NCBI GenBank assembly: GCA_021443845.1
Contig: JABUTA010000001.1
Span: forward strand, 1 to 54,983
DNA: 54,983 bases
Direction of reading: 5' to 3'
DNA from: Parasporobacterium sp.
GTDB lineage: Bacteria > Bacillota > Clostridia > Lachnospirales > Lachnospiraceae
Part shown: one piece after another, positions 30,007 through 39,567 of the stretch
Layout of the letters: every line of letters begins with the position of its first letter
Numbering within the stretch: position 1 is the stretch's first letter
The notes under the pieces: model-generated
What the model saw: only the letters and a program-made list of their open reading frames with translations
The model's database searches: none
What the model was told of the DNA's origin: nothing
Made by a program: the position numbers and the translations under genes

Positions 30007-31243
30007 TATTGATGAAAAAATACTCAACATGGCTGCAGGCTGTGAAAAACGGCTGGCAGATGTGTATAAGGAAGCAGATGATATTTCAGAGGCAAATCAG
30101 TATAAAGTTCTGAAAAGCTTTATAAACAACCGGGTATCAGAATCGGATTTTGCAGCAGGTTCAGGTTACGGATACAATGAAACAGGCCGTGAAAAGCTTG
30201 AAAAAGTCTATTCTGATATTTTTCATACAGAGGATGCTCTGGTCCGGCCTCAGATAACCTGTGGTACCCATGCATTATATCTGGGCCTTTCGTCACTGCT
30301 TCTTCCTGGAGATGAAATACTTTTCATAACAGGAAAGCCCTATGACAGCCTTGAAAAGTCCATAGGTATACAGGAATGTCCCGGATCCCTTAAGGAAATG
30401 GGTATTACACATTCAATAACAGAACTTATAGATGGTTCGGAATTTGATTATGAAGGTATTGAAAAAGCAATTAATGAACGGACGAAAATTGTTTATATAC
30501 AACGTTCCAAAGGTTACGGTGACAGACTGTCATTCTCCCCTGAACACATAGGCAAAGCAATTGCATTCGCAAAAAATATCAAACCTGATCTTATTGCTTT
30601 CGTAGATAACTGCTATGGAGAATTCGTTGATTATGACGAACCTACTGATCATGGAGCCGACATCTGTGCAGGATCACTTATAAAAAATCCAGGGGGCGGA
30701 CTTGCTCCCATGGGTGGTTACCTGGTGGGAAGAAGAGATCTTATCGAGAGGTGTTCATATAAACTTACCGCTCCCGGACTGGGCAAAGAGGTGGGAGGTT
30801 CACTTGGCATATTAAAAGCATTGTTCCAGGGTCTTTCCCTTGCACCATCCGTAACAGCCAATGCTGTAAAATCCGCTGCATTTGCTGCCGCACTTTTTGA
30901 AGACCTGGGATATGCTGCATTGCCTGCTGCTTCAGACAAACATCACTGCATAGTGGAAGCCATTACTTTAAATTCACCGGAAAAAATCAATCTTTTCTGC
31001 GGTGAGATCCAGGCTTCATCATATGTTGACAGCTATGTAAAACCTGTAGGTGCAGATATGCCCGGATATTCCGACAGCATCATAATGGCCAGCGGAGCCT
31101 TCATTTCAGGCTCTTCCATAGAACTGTCAGCAGACGGACCCATGCGTGAGCCATACATAGTATTTTATCAGGGAGCACTTACCTTTGAACACGGCAGATA
31201 TGCTGTAATGAGAGCAGCTCAGGCTGTGGGAGAATCTGACTGA
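29990..31243 (+). CDS. aluminium-resistance / methionine gamma-lyase-like PLP protein (YnbB family)
   Basis: Family-like SGYGYNETGREKLEKVY...CGTHAL region. TTG start with AAAGGAG RBS. Confidence 0.8.
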   Translation: MFRYPDIDEKILNMAAGCEKRLADVYKEADDISEANQYKVLKSFINNRVSESDFAAGSGYGYNETGREKLEKVYSDIFHTEDALVRPQITCGTHALYLGLSSLLLPGDEILFITGKPYDSLEKSIGIQECPGSLKEMGITHSITELIDGSEFDYEGIEKAINERTKIVYIQRSKGYGDRLSFSPEHIGKAIAFAKNIKPDLIAFVDNCYGEFVDYDEPTDHGADICAGSLIKNPGGGLAPMGGYLVGRRDLIERCSYKLTAPGLGKEVGGSLGILKALFQGLSLAPSVTANAVKSAAFAAALFEDLGYAALPAASDKHHCIVEAITLNSPEKINLFCGEIQASSYVDSYVKPVGADMPGYSDSIIMASGAFISGSSIELSADGPMREPYIVFYQGALTFEHGRYAVMRAAQAVGESD

Positions 31244-31321
31244 ATATGTTTGGATTTTGCGTATGTTTATGCTAAAATCTCTTTAACCTGAATGTGCAGA
31301 GGTTTCCGGAAAGGAAGCTTA

Positions 31322-32023
31322 ATGCATAATAATACAATTAAAAATTTACTGCCTGAAAACAGACCTGATGAGAAATTTATAAATTATGGCCCGAAAGCAC
31401 TTTCAGATGCCGAACTTCTGGCCATAATACTGAGGACAGGATCGGCGGAACTGTCTTCAGTGGAACTGGCGAGAAAAATACTTACCCACAGCGGTAACGA
31501 TAATATATCTATACTGAATATTTTTGACTATGACTTTGAGCAGCTTATAAAGATCAAGGGAATAGGAAAGGTAAAAGCCATACAGATATTGGCCATATCA
31601 GAATTATCTTTAAGAATATCTCAAAGCCGCGTCCGGTCCCGTCTGGTCTTTAATGATCCCGAAACAGTCAGTAATTATTACATGGAACAACTTCGTCACG
31701 AAAAAAGAGAGACAGTTGTTCTATTGTTGTTGGATTCAGCCTGCAGACTGATTAAAGAACATGTTCTTTCCACAGGAACTGTAAATGCTTCCATAACATC
31801 AGCCAGGGATATTTTTATTACTGCCCTGAAGTTTGAAGCTGTTTGGATGATTCTGCTTCATAATCATCCCTCCGGAAACTGCAGTCCCAGTGTTGCAGAT
31901 AAGGAATTTACCGAAGAAATATATAACGCAGGCAGGCTTATAGGCATAAAACTGCTGGATCACATTATAATAGGAGATAATACTTACTTCAGTTTCAGAG
32001 AAAAGGAGTTAATCCATGAGTGA
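31322..32023 (+). CDS. radC: RadC-family JAB-domain protein (UPF0758)
   Basis: LSDAELLAIILRTGS, helix-hairpin-helix IKGIGKVKA, and JAMM-like HNHPSG. Start at the ATG at 31322, preceded by GGAAAGGAAG. Confidence 0.9.
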   Translation: MHNNTIKNLLPENRPDEKFINYGPKALSDAELLAIILRTGSAELSSVELARKILTHSGNDNISILNIFDYDFEQLIKIKGIGKVKAIQILAISELSLRISQSRVRSRLVFNDPETVSNYYMEQLRHEKRETVVLLLLDSACRLIKEHVLSTGTVNASITSARDIFITALKFEAVWMILLHNHPSGNCSPSVADKEFTEEIYNAGRLIGIKLLDHIIIGDNTYFSFREKELIHE

Positions 32024-33038
32024 AGATAAATTCGGACTTGATATAGGTACATGGAATATCAGATTATCATCGTTAAGTGCAGGTACATTCATATCTGAGA
32101 AAAATTTCATTGCCGTAAAAGATAAAAAGTATATCATCGGATACGGCAATGATGCTTTTGATATGTATGAACGTGCCCCTGAAAATATAGATGTTGATTT
32201 CCCTGTCCATGACAGCGTCATATCTGAAATCGATAAAATGCAGATGATACTTGAGTATATATATAAAAAGCTAAACCGGGGCAAAAATATCAAAGGCGGG
32301 CATTTTCTTATCTCAGTACCTACTGATACCACCGAAGTCGAAAAAAGAGCTTTTCATGAGCTTGTGGCAAATTCAAAGCTCCGTGCCAGATCGATTTCAA
32401 TGGTTGAAAAAAGTGTTGCTGATGCAATCGGCTGCGGAATAGATATCAAGAGTCCGAAAGGCAATTTCATAGTTAACATGGGAGCTGACACCACAGACCT
32501 GACAGTTATGTCCCTTGGAAGTATCGTTATCAACCATTCTGTAAAGATTGCCGGCAGGAAATTTGATGAGGCCATTATAAATGCCGTAAAGCAGACAGAA
32601 CAAAAGCTTATAGGATATAAAACAGCTGAAGCATTAAAAATCAATCTTGCAGATATGGGTGAAAAACCCGAACCGGGGGAAATGAAAATATTTGCAAGCC
32701 AGATGGCTTCAGGACTGCCTGCCAGAACCATAATTTCATCAGATCTTGTCAACAATGCAGTAAAAGGTGCCCTTATGCCCCTGCTGGATCTTATAAGAAA
32801 CACCCTTGAAAAAACTCCTCCGGAACTAGCTGCGGATATTATCGAAAACGGTATTTACCTTCTCGGCGGGTCTGCTTCAATGAAAAACATCGGCAGCCTT
32901 TTTGCAAGAGTTACCGGTATAAAGGTTAAACTGCTGAAGGATCCTGCAAACAGCACTATCCGCGGTGTTACCACTATTCTTAATAATTCAAGATTTGACT
33001 CTGTGAGGTATATACCTAAAGAGAAAGAGTATAACTGA
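32016..33038 (+). CDS. mreB: divergent MreB-like actin homolog
   Basis: Collinear with MreB (GLDIGTWNI, HDSVISE, NMGADTTDLTVMSLGSIV, LLGGSASMKNIG) and located directly upstream of mreC-mreD. Confidence 0.85.
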   Translation: MSEDKFGLDIGTWNIRLSSLSAGTFISEKNFIAVKDKKYIIGYGNDAFDMYERAPENIDVDFPVHDSVISEIDKMQMILEYIYKKLNRGKNIKGGHFLISVPTDTTEVEKRAFHELVANSKLRARSISMVEKSVADAIGCGIDIKSPKGNFIVNMGADTTDLTVMSLGSIVINHSVKIAGRKFDEAIINAVKQTEQKLIGYKTAEALKINLADMGEKPEPGEMKIFASQMASGLPARTIISSDLVNNAVKGALMPLLDLIRNTLEKTPPELAADIIENGIYLLGGSASMKNIGSLFARVTGIKVKLLKDPANSTIRGVTTILNNSRFDSVRYIPKEKEYN

Positions 33039-34183
33039 TGCCTGAAAAAAAGAAAAAAACAACATCAAAAATAAATATTGATCACAGAATTGCCTCAGAC
33101 ACCCTGAGAAATAATATTGTCAGGAACGCTGATTCGAAAATGGTCGGATACATAAAGCGTACTGCGAAAAGAAAAGCAGAAGAACATATTGCTTCAGAAC
33201 GCTTCAGTGAATATGCTGATCGCAGCAAAAACCGGAAGAAGCTTAAAGATGCTGACGCTCCTCTTACCATTCAGGAAAAGAGCATCAACAGCGTCCGAAA
33301 GATCATCAGCTATGTCAAAGTCCATAAAGCACCCAGGGATGAACGATCTGTCAGACATGTAAATCCAAAGGTTATACTGGGTATCCTCTGTGCATTATGT
33401 CTGGCACTTATTTTACTGTCCGCTGTCAGTGACAAAGTCAGGGCACCCTTCAGATATGTCGCATCGGTTGTGGCAGTTCCGGCCCAGAAGGGTATCAATT
33501 CAATAGGATTATGGATATCAGACCTGATTCAGCAGGGTAAGACAATTGAAGAACTGGAAATGGAAAATGCCGAACTCCGTTCTCAGGTTGATGATCTGAC
33601 TCTACAGCTTCTCAAGGGCGAGAATGACCGGAATGAACTGTACAGATTACGGGAACAGATGGGGCTTTCCGATAAATACGGAGATTATGAGATGACTGCT
33701 GCCCATATTATTGCCAAAAATCCCGGTAAATGGTTCAACACCTTTACGATAGACAAAGGTACCCGGGACGGTATCTGCAAAGATATGAACGTAGTTGCTT
33801 CCGGTGGACTTGTAGGTATTATAACTGATTCCGGCCCTGATTATTCGACTGTAAGGTCTATTATTGATGATGAAAGTTCTGTCAGTGCAAAGTTCCGGGA
33901 TACATCTGAACTCTGTATGGTTAATGGTTCCCTTACATTGATGGAGGATAATCTCCTGGAATTTACTGATGTAAGCGCAGAAGTGGAAATTTCCCCCAGT
34001 GGAGCAGTAGTAACAAGTCATGTCAGTTCAAAATATCTTCCGGATATCCTGATCGGATATGTTGCTGATTTTAAGAAGGACGGCAATGATCTTACTCAGT
34101 CAGGACATATTTATCCGGTTGTGGATTTCACAAACCTTGAAGAAGTCATGATAATTACAACATTAAAGGAAACCTCAGATTAA
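33038..34183 (+). CDS. mreC: rod shape-determining protein MreC with long basic N-terminal extension
   Basis: TM segment near residue 112, coiled-coil ELEMENAELRSQVDDL, then MreC beta-domains (VVASGGLVGII). Confidence 0.88.
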   Translation: MPEKKKKTTSKINIDHRIASDTLRNNIVRNADSKMVGYIKRTAKRKAEEHIASERFSEYADRSKNRKKLKDADAPLTIQEKSINSVRKIISYVKVHKAPRDERSVRHVNPKVILGILCALCLALILLSAVSDKVRAPFRYVASVVAVPAQKGINSIGLWISDLIQQGKTIEELEMENAELRSQVDDLTLQLLKGENDRNELYRLREQMGLSDKYGDYEMTAAHIIAKNPGKWFNTFTIDKGTRDGICKDMNVVASGGLVGIITDSGPDYSTVRSIIDDESSVSAKFRDTSELCMVNGSLTLMEDNLLEFTDVSAEVEISPSGAVVTSHVSSKYLPDILIGYVADFKKDGNDLTQSGHIYPVVDFTNLEEVMIITTLKETSD

Positions 34184-34699
34184 ATGTCACTGTATAAAAT
34201 CAGAAATTTAATAATTGCTGCTCTGATAATTATAGCCGCATTCATATTGCAGAGTACTGTTATCAGCCGTATTCCGCTGCTTGGCTGCGGACCTAATCTG
34301 ATGCTTATCATTACATTTATCTATGGCTACCTTAACGGAAAAACTTCCGGAATGCTGGCAGGTTTTTTCAGCGGACTGCTTATGGATATTTTTTACTGTG
34401 AAGTATTAGGGTATAATGCTCTGATCCTTGTACTGATAGGCTTCATAAGCGGTATTTGGAATACCTTCCTGTATTCTGATGATCTGTACATTCCTCTTAT
34501 AATCATTTCAGGAAGTGATCTGTGTTACGGTCTTGTATATTATGTTTTCTGGTTTGCACTTCGTGCAAGGTTTGAATTCGGATATTATTTACTTCATGTC
34601 ATTTTGCCGGAGGTACTTCTTACTTTCATATTCGGCCTGATCATATACAAACCCATGGCAGCACTTCTTACCATACTAAAAAAAGTACCTGAAGAATAG
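34184..34699 (+). CDS. mreD: rod shape-determining protein MreD
   Basis: 171-aa polytopic membrane protein in the conserved position after mreC. Confidence 0.85.
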   Translation: MSLYKIRNLIIAALIIIAAFILQSTVISRIPLLGCGPNLMLIITFIYGYLNGKTSGMLAGFFSGLLMDIFYCEVLGYNALILVLIGFISGIWNTFLYSDDLYIPLIIISGSDLCYGLVYYVFWFALRARFEFGYYLLHVILPEVLLTFIFGLIIYKPMAALLTILKKVPEE

Positions 34700-34711
34700 A
34701 AGGATAACATT

Positions 34712-37558
34712 TTGAAAAAAAGACTGAAATATATATACGAATCCATAAGGGATTTTATAATAAAGATTTTTACGTCGAGAACAGCCATAATAGGTATTGT
34801 TTTCTGCGTTTTCTTTGTGATCATATTATCCCGCTTATTCTATCTTCAGATAATCAAAGCGGATTATTATAAAGAAAATTTCACTCTTATGGCCCAGAAG
34901 ACGATATATTCAGAAGGAGCAAGAGGCAATATTTACGATAAGGACGGAAACATTCTTGCCCATAATGAAGTATCTTATTCTGTTGTTATGACAGATGAGA
35001 TAAAAAGCTCTGATCAGAAAGGTGAAATTATCAATAAAATAATCTTTGATACTATTAATATCATCGAATCAAACGGTGACAGGATCACTGATGATTTCAA
35101 CATCGCATTCAAAGACGGAAAAGCTGTATTCAAGGACGATCCTGTCACACCTGCCATCACATTCCTCTGCAATGTATTCGGTTTGAAGTCCACAGAAATC
35201 CGCGAAAACGGTTACGACAGATATACTGCTGAACAGGTACTTGATTATATGTGTTCAGATAAAAGGTTTGATATAGACCCGGAGATTTATAATCTTGAAG
35301 ACAGAATTAAAATCTGTACCGTAAGATATGCATTATCACTTAATTCGTATCAGAAATATATATCCACTGAAATTGCATCTGATATAAATCAGTACACTCA
35401 GGCTGCCATCATGGAGAACAGGGCAGAACTGACAGGTATCGATGTTAAGGAAACATATAAGCGTATATATGACTACGGAGTATATTACGGATCCATACTC
35501 GGATATACAGGTTATATTTCCGAAAACGAGCTGGGAAGCTATAACAGCAATGATCTGGGCATAGAATATCAGGCAGGTGATATAGTTGGAAAAACCGGTG
35601 TTGAGGCAAGTTTTGACAGTTATCTGAAAGGAACAAGAGGTACCGAGACGGTTTTCGTTGACAGCAAGGGAAGTATCATGCAGGTTGTTGACACCACAAG
35701 ATCAGTAAGCGGTAATGATCTGTATCTTACACTTGATACAGACCTGCAGATAGCTTTTTATGAAATTCTGGAAAGAGAAGTTGCAGGTCTTCTTGTTTCA
35801 AGTATAGTCAACTGGGATTATGTAAGTGACGGTACCGACGAAATCGTTTATATTCCGGTAAATGATGTATATTACAAGCTGCTGACTAATGTATGTGACC
35901 CTCTTGAATTTTCCAACCCGGGAGCAACGTTCCGTGAAAAAAACATATATTCAGCATTTATGAATAAACTGAAAACTGTTGTTCAGGAAATTGAAAAACA
36001 GCTTAATGACTTCAATGCCCCTGCAACAGGGGAGCTTACTGAAGAATTCAATGAATATATGTACACTTCATATAATGTTCTCGGTGACGAGGGGATTCTC
36101 AATAAGGATATTATGGATACCTCAGATCCTGTATATATTCAGTTTGCCAATGAACAGATTTCCCTGAGAGAATTTCTCATTCATGCTATTTCAAAGAACT
36201 GGATAAACGTGTCACTGCTGGATTCAACCGAAAAATATGCTGCATCTGATGAACTTTATGACTGTCTGGTGAAAAAGCTTCTGGATAAAATAGTCGACAA
36301 TACAAAGTTTCAGGAAAATGTGTATTATTTCATGATCTATAATGGAGATATTTCTCCTTATGATATCTGTATGCTCATGTACGACCAGAACAGACTTCCT
36401 GAAGATGATCCTATGAAGGCCAATCTGGAACAGGGACTGGTTTCACCATATGAATATGTCATCAGTCAGATTACTGACCTTGTTATAACACCTGCAATGG
36501 TAGCGCTGGATCCATGTTCGGCATCTTTCGTTCTTACTGATTCTGCTACAGGAAAAGTGAAGGCTCTTGTTTCATATCCTTCTTATGACAACAATATGCT
36601 TTCCGGGAAGATTGATGCAGATTACTGGCACAGACTTAATACAGATGCTTCAGCCCCCCTGTACAATCGTGCCACCCAGGCATTAACGGCGCCGGGTTCT
36701 ACATTTAAACCGGTTACAGCTGCAGCAGGACTTAATGAAGGCGTCATAACCCTTGATACATATATTTTTGATGACGGTATTTTTACGGATATTACACCGT
36801 CGCCGAAGTGCTGGATATATCCTGACAATCACGGATATGAAAATGTTTCAATGGCACTTACGGATTCCTGCAACTTTTTCTTCTATTCCGTAGGATATAA
36901 GCTCAGTCTTGCAGACGAAAAATACATGTCTCTTCAGGGTCTTGATATTCTTGAAGAATATGCAACACAGATGGGACTGAATATGAAATCAGGAGTGGAA
37001 ATAGAGGAGTCGGCTCCTAAATTTTCAAATACCGACTCTGTCAGAACTGCCATCGGTCAGGGTACTTCCGGCTTTGCGACGGTACAGCTGGCCAGATACT
37101 GCTCATGCATCGCCAGCAGGGGACAGAACTGTGTTCTCAGTTTAATTGACAGAGTTGATGATAAAAACGGAAAAACTATCTTCAGATCAGAAAAGACCGT
37201 TGAGAATGTTGTCGAATTAAAACCTGAATACTGGGATGCAATCCATCTGGGCATGAGAGGCGTTGTGACCGAAGGTTCTGTCAGCGGTATTTTTGCCGAC
37301 AGTCCTGTTTATATAGCAGGTAAAACCGGTACAACACAGGAAAGCATTTACAGACCGAACCATTCAAACTTTATAGGATTCTCACCCTATAACGAACCTG
37401 AGATTGCTTTTGCCTGTACCATACGAAACGGCGGTTCATCTTCTTATGCTGCCGCAACCACCAAGGACTGCATTGAATATTATTATGGATATACCAGTCT
37501 CGAGGATATCCTTGAATCAGGAGCCAAGGATATTGTACTGGAAGGAGTAACTGACTGA
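34712..37558 (+). CDS. mrdA: class B penicillin-binding protein 2 (elongasome transpeptidase), unusually long at 948 aa
   Basis: N-terminal TM segment; STFK (Ser at residue 663), SCN and KTGT motifs; lies between mreD and rodA. TTG start. Confidence 0.88.
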   Translation: MKKRLKYIYESIRDFIIKIFTSRTAIIGIVFCVFFVIILSRLFYLQIIKADYYKENFTLMAQKTIYSEGARGNIYDKDGNILAHNEVSYSVVMTDEIKSSDQKGEIINKIIFDTINIIESNGDRITDDFNIAFKDGKAVFKDDPVTPAITFLCNVFGLKSTEIRENGYDRYTAEQVLDYMCSDKRFDIDPEIYNLEDRIKICTVRYALSLNSYQKYISTEIASDINQYTQAAIMENRAELTGIDVKETYKRIYDYGVYYGSILGYTGYISENELGSYNSNDLGIEYQAGDIVGKTGVEASFDSYLKGTRGTETVFVDSKGSIMQVVDTTRSVSGNDLYLTLDTDLQIAFYEILEREVAGLLVSSIVNWDYVSDGTDEIVYIPVNDVYYKLLTNVCDPLEFSNPGATFREKNIYSAFMNKLKTVVQEIEKQLNDFNAPATGELTEEFNEYMYTSYNVLGDEGILNKDIMDTSDPVYIQFANEQISLREFLIHAISKNWINVSLLDSTEKYAASDELYDCLVKKLLDKIVDNTKFQENVYYFMIYNGDISPYDICMLMYDQNRLPEDDPMKANLEQGLVSPYEYVISQITDLVITPAMVALDPCSASFVLTDSATGKVKALVSYPSYDNNMLSGKIDADYWHRLNTDASAPLYNRATQALTAPGSTFKPVTAAAGLNEGVITLDTYIFDDGIFTDITPSPKCWIYPDNHGYENVSMALTDSCNFFFYSVGYKLSLADEKYMSLQGLDILEEYATQMGLNMKSGVEIEESAPKFSNTDSVRTAIGQGTSGFATVQLARYCSCIASRGQNCVLSLIDRVDDKNGKTIFRSEKTVENVVELKPEYWDAIHLGMRGVVTEGSVSGIFADSPVYIAGKTGTTQESIYRPNHSNFIGFSPYNEPEIAFACTIRNGGSSSYAAATTKDCIEYYYGYTSLEDILESGAKDIVLEGVTD

Positions 37559-37561
37559 TTT

Positions 37562-38719
37562 ATGAAACAGAAACTTGATAATATTTTCGGAATAATTAAG
37601 TCATATGATTATAAATCTCCCAGCTATCAGCTGATATTTTACTGTTTATGCCTGTCTGTGATAGGCATACTTGCCATACATTCCGCAACCGGGGGTGATA
37701 TTCAGCTGGTAAGCAAACAGATTTTTGGTCTTGCTGCCGGAATAGTATGCATGATGATCATGGCACTTATTCCATATGATTTTCTTGCCCGGTATTACTG
37801 GCTGATGTATTTCATAAACATACTCCTGCTGCTTCTTGTCAGATTTGCAGGAACTTACAGAGGCGGAGCAAAACGATGGATAATCATCGCCGGAATACAG
37901 ATACAGCCTTCGGAAATATCAAAGCTGCTTCTTCTGTTTTTTTTCGCTTCATTACTGGCACATAACAGGCAGTCACTTAACTCAATGAAGTTTTTCATAT
38001 TTACAGCTGTAACATTTGCCGTTCCCATCATGCTTATAATGCTTGAGCCGGACCTCTCAACTTCCATCGTTATAATTGTAATGTACTGTTCTGTAATATT
38101 TGTCGGAAATTTTCATGCAAAGATCTTAAAAACAATCTTAATTATTATTGTGCCGATTATGGCAATCGTGGTAACATTAATAATCATACTTCCGGCAGAA
38201 CATAATATCATACCTCTTTATCAGTACAACCGGCTTGTCGGCTTTTATGAACCTGATAATGAAGTTGCTGAATCCATTCGATATCAGCAGGAGAATTCTA
38301 TCCTTGCCATAGCCAGCGGTTCCGTTACGGGAAAAGGATTGAATAACAACTCCATAACCAGCGTAAAAAATGCCGAGTTTATATCTGAACCCCAGACTGA
38401 CTTCATTTTTACCATTATAGGTGAAGAATTGGGATTCTTCGGTGCACTTGTTACCATTGTACTGTTGGCACTTGTTGTGATAGAATGTTTCCGTATCGGT
38501 ATACGGGCAAGGGAAAGTATCGGAAAGTGTATTGCTATAGGCTACGGAACATTAATCGGTATGCAGGCATTTATCAATCTGGGGGTTGTAACGATGATTC
38601 TGCCTAATACCGGTCTTACACTTCCTTTTGTAAGTTATGGTCTCAGCTCACTGACTACATCCTTTATAGGAATAGGAATAGTGCTGAACGTCAGTATGCG
38701 TAAAAAGTTAATCATTTGA
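37562..38719 (+). CDS. rodA: SEDS peptidoglycan polymerase RodA
   Basis: SEDS motifs (IQPSEISK, TLPFVSYGLSS) and position after mrdA. Confidence 0.9.
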   Translation: MKQKLDNIFGIIKSYDYKSPSYQLIFYCLCLSVIGILAIHSATGGDIQLVSKQIFGLAAGIVCMMIMALIPYDFLARYYWLMYFINILLLLLVRFAGTYRGGAKRWIIIAGIQIQPSEISKLLLLFFFASLLAHNRQSLNSMKFFIFTAVTFAVPIMLIMLEPDLSTSIVIIVMYCSVIFVGNFHAKILKTILIIIVPIMAIVVTLIIILPAEHNIIPLYQYNRLVGFYEPDNEVAESIRYQQENSILAIASGSVTGKGLNNNSITSVKNAEFISEPQTDFIFTIIGEELGFFGALVTIVLLALVVIECFRIGIRARESIGKCIAIGYGTLIGMQAFINLGVVTMILPNTGLTLPFVSYGLSSLTTSFIGIGIVLNVSMRKKLII

Positions 38720-38734
38720 GGGTAGGGGTAAGGT

Positions 38735-39130
38735 ATGGACATAGGATTAATGGCGCATGATTCAAAAAAAGAACTCATGCAGAATTTCTGTATTGCATAT
38801 AAGAGGATTTTATCACGGCATGATATATATTCTACCGGTGATACAGGGCGTCTCGTTGAAGACGTTACGAATCTTCCTATTCACAAATTTCTTCCGGGGC
38901 AGCTCGGAGGAGTACGGCAGATGTGTGCCCAGATTGACTGCAACCAGATGGATGCTGTCATTTTTCTCAGAGATATCAATGAACCCGAAAGCGGATCAAA
39001 TGATTTTCTGAATGTTATAGAACTGTGTGATGTAAACAACATCCCTGTAGCTACAAATATCGCTTCTGCTGAGCTTCTTGTTCTTGCAATAGAACGGGGA
39101 GACCTCAGCTGGAGAGATTTATATAAATAA
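38735..39130 (+). CDS. methylglyoxal synthase-like domain protein, catalytic residues not conserved
   Basis: Aligns without gaps to my recollection of MgsA (LMAHDSKK, STGDTG, IPVATN). GGDQQ is GGVRQ, and the PH(E/D)PD histidine region is SGSND. Confidence 0.8.
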   Translation: MDIGLMAHDSKKELMQNFCIAYKRILSRHDIYSTGDTGRLVEDVTNLPIHKFLPGQLGGVRQMCAQIDCNQMDAVIFLRDINEPESGSNDFLNVIELCDVNNIPVATNIASAELLVLAIERGDLSWRDLYK

Positions 39131-39147
39131 TACGGAGGAACTTAATT

Positions 39148-39567
39148 ATGGTTAAATTAATTGCAGGCGACAAGGGTAAAGGAAAAACAAAGTATATCCT
39201 GGACAAAGCAAATGCTGCAGCAAAGAGCAGTGATGGAGTTATCATATACCTTGATAAGAGTCCAAAGCATATGTTTGAGCTTGACAGAAACATCCGCCTG
39301 ATAAATGTTAAAGAATATCCGATTCCGGATTTTAATGTTCTCATGGGATTCATCTGCGGTCTTATTTCAGGAAACAGTGATATCCAGACTATCTTTTTCG
39401 ACAGTTTCCTGACTGTAGCAGGACTTGAGGGTCAGGATCCTTCTGATGCACTGGATAAGCTCATTATCCTTTCAAACAGACTCGGAGTAGAGTGTGTTGT
39501 CAGCCTGTCGATCGACCCGGGTCAGCTTGATGAAAGGTTCAATGAATTCATCGAACTTTCCTGCTGA
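39148..39567 (+). CDS. small (139 aa) P-loop NTPase-like protein of unknown function
   Basis: Walker A-like GDKGKGKT at residues 7-14 and a Walker B-like TIFFD. GGAGG RBS. The stop overlaps the next start (TGATG). Confidence 0.75.
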   Translation: MVKLIAGDKGKGKTKYILDKANAAAKSSDGVIIYLDKSPKHMFELDRNIRLINVKEYPIPDFNVLMGFICGLISGNSDIQTIFFDSFLTVAGLEGQDPSDALDKLIILSNRLGVECVVSLSIDPGQLDERFNEFIELSC

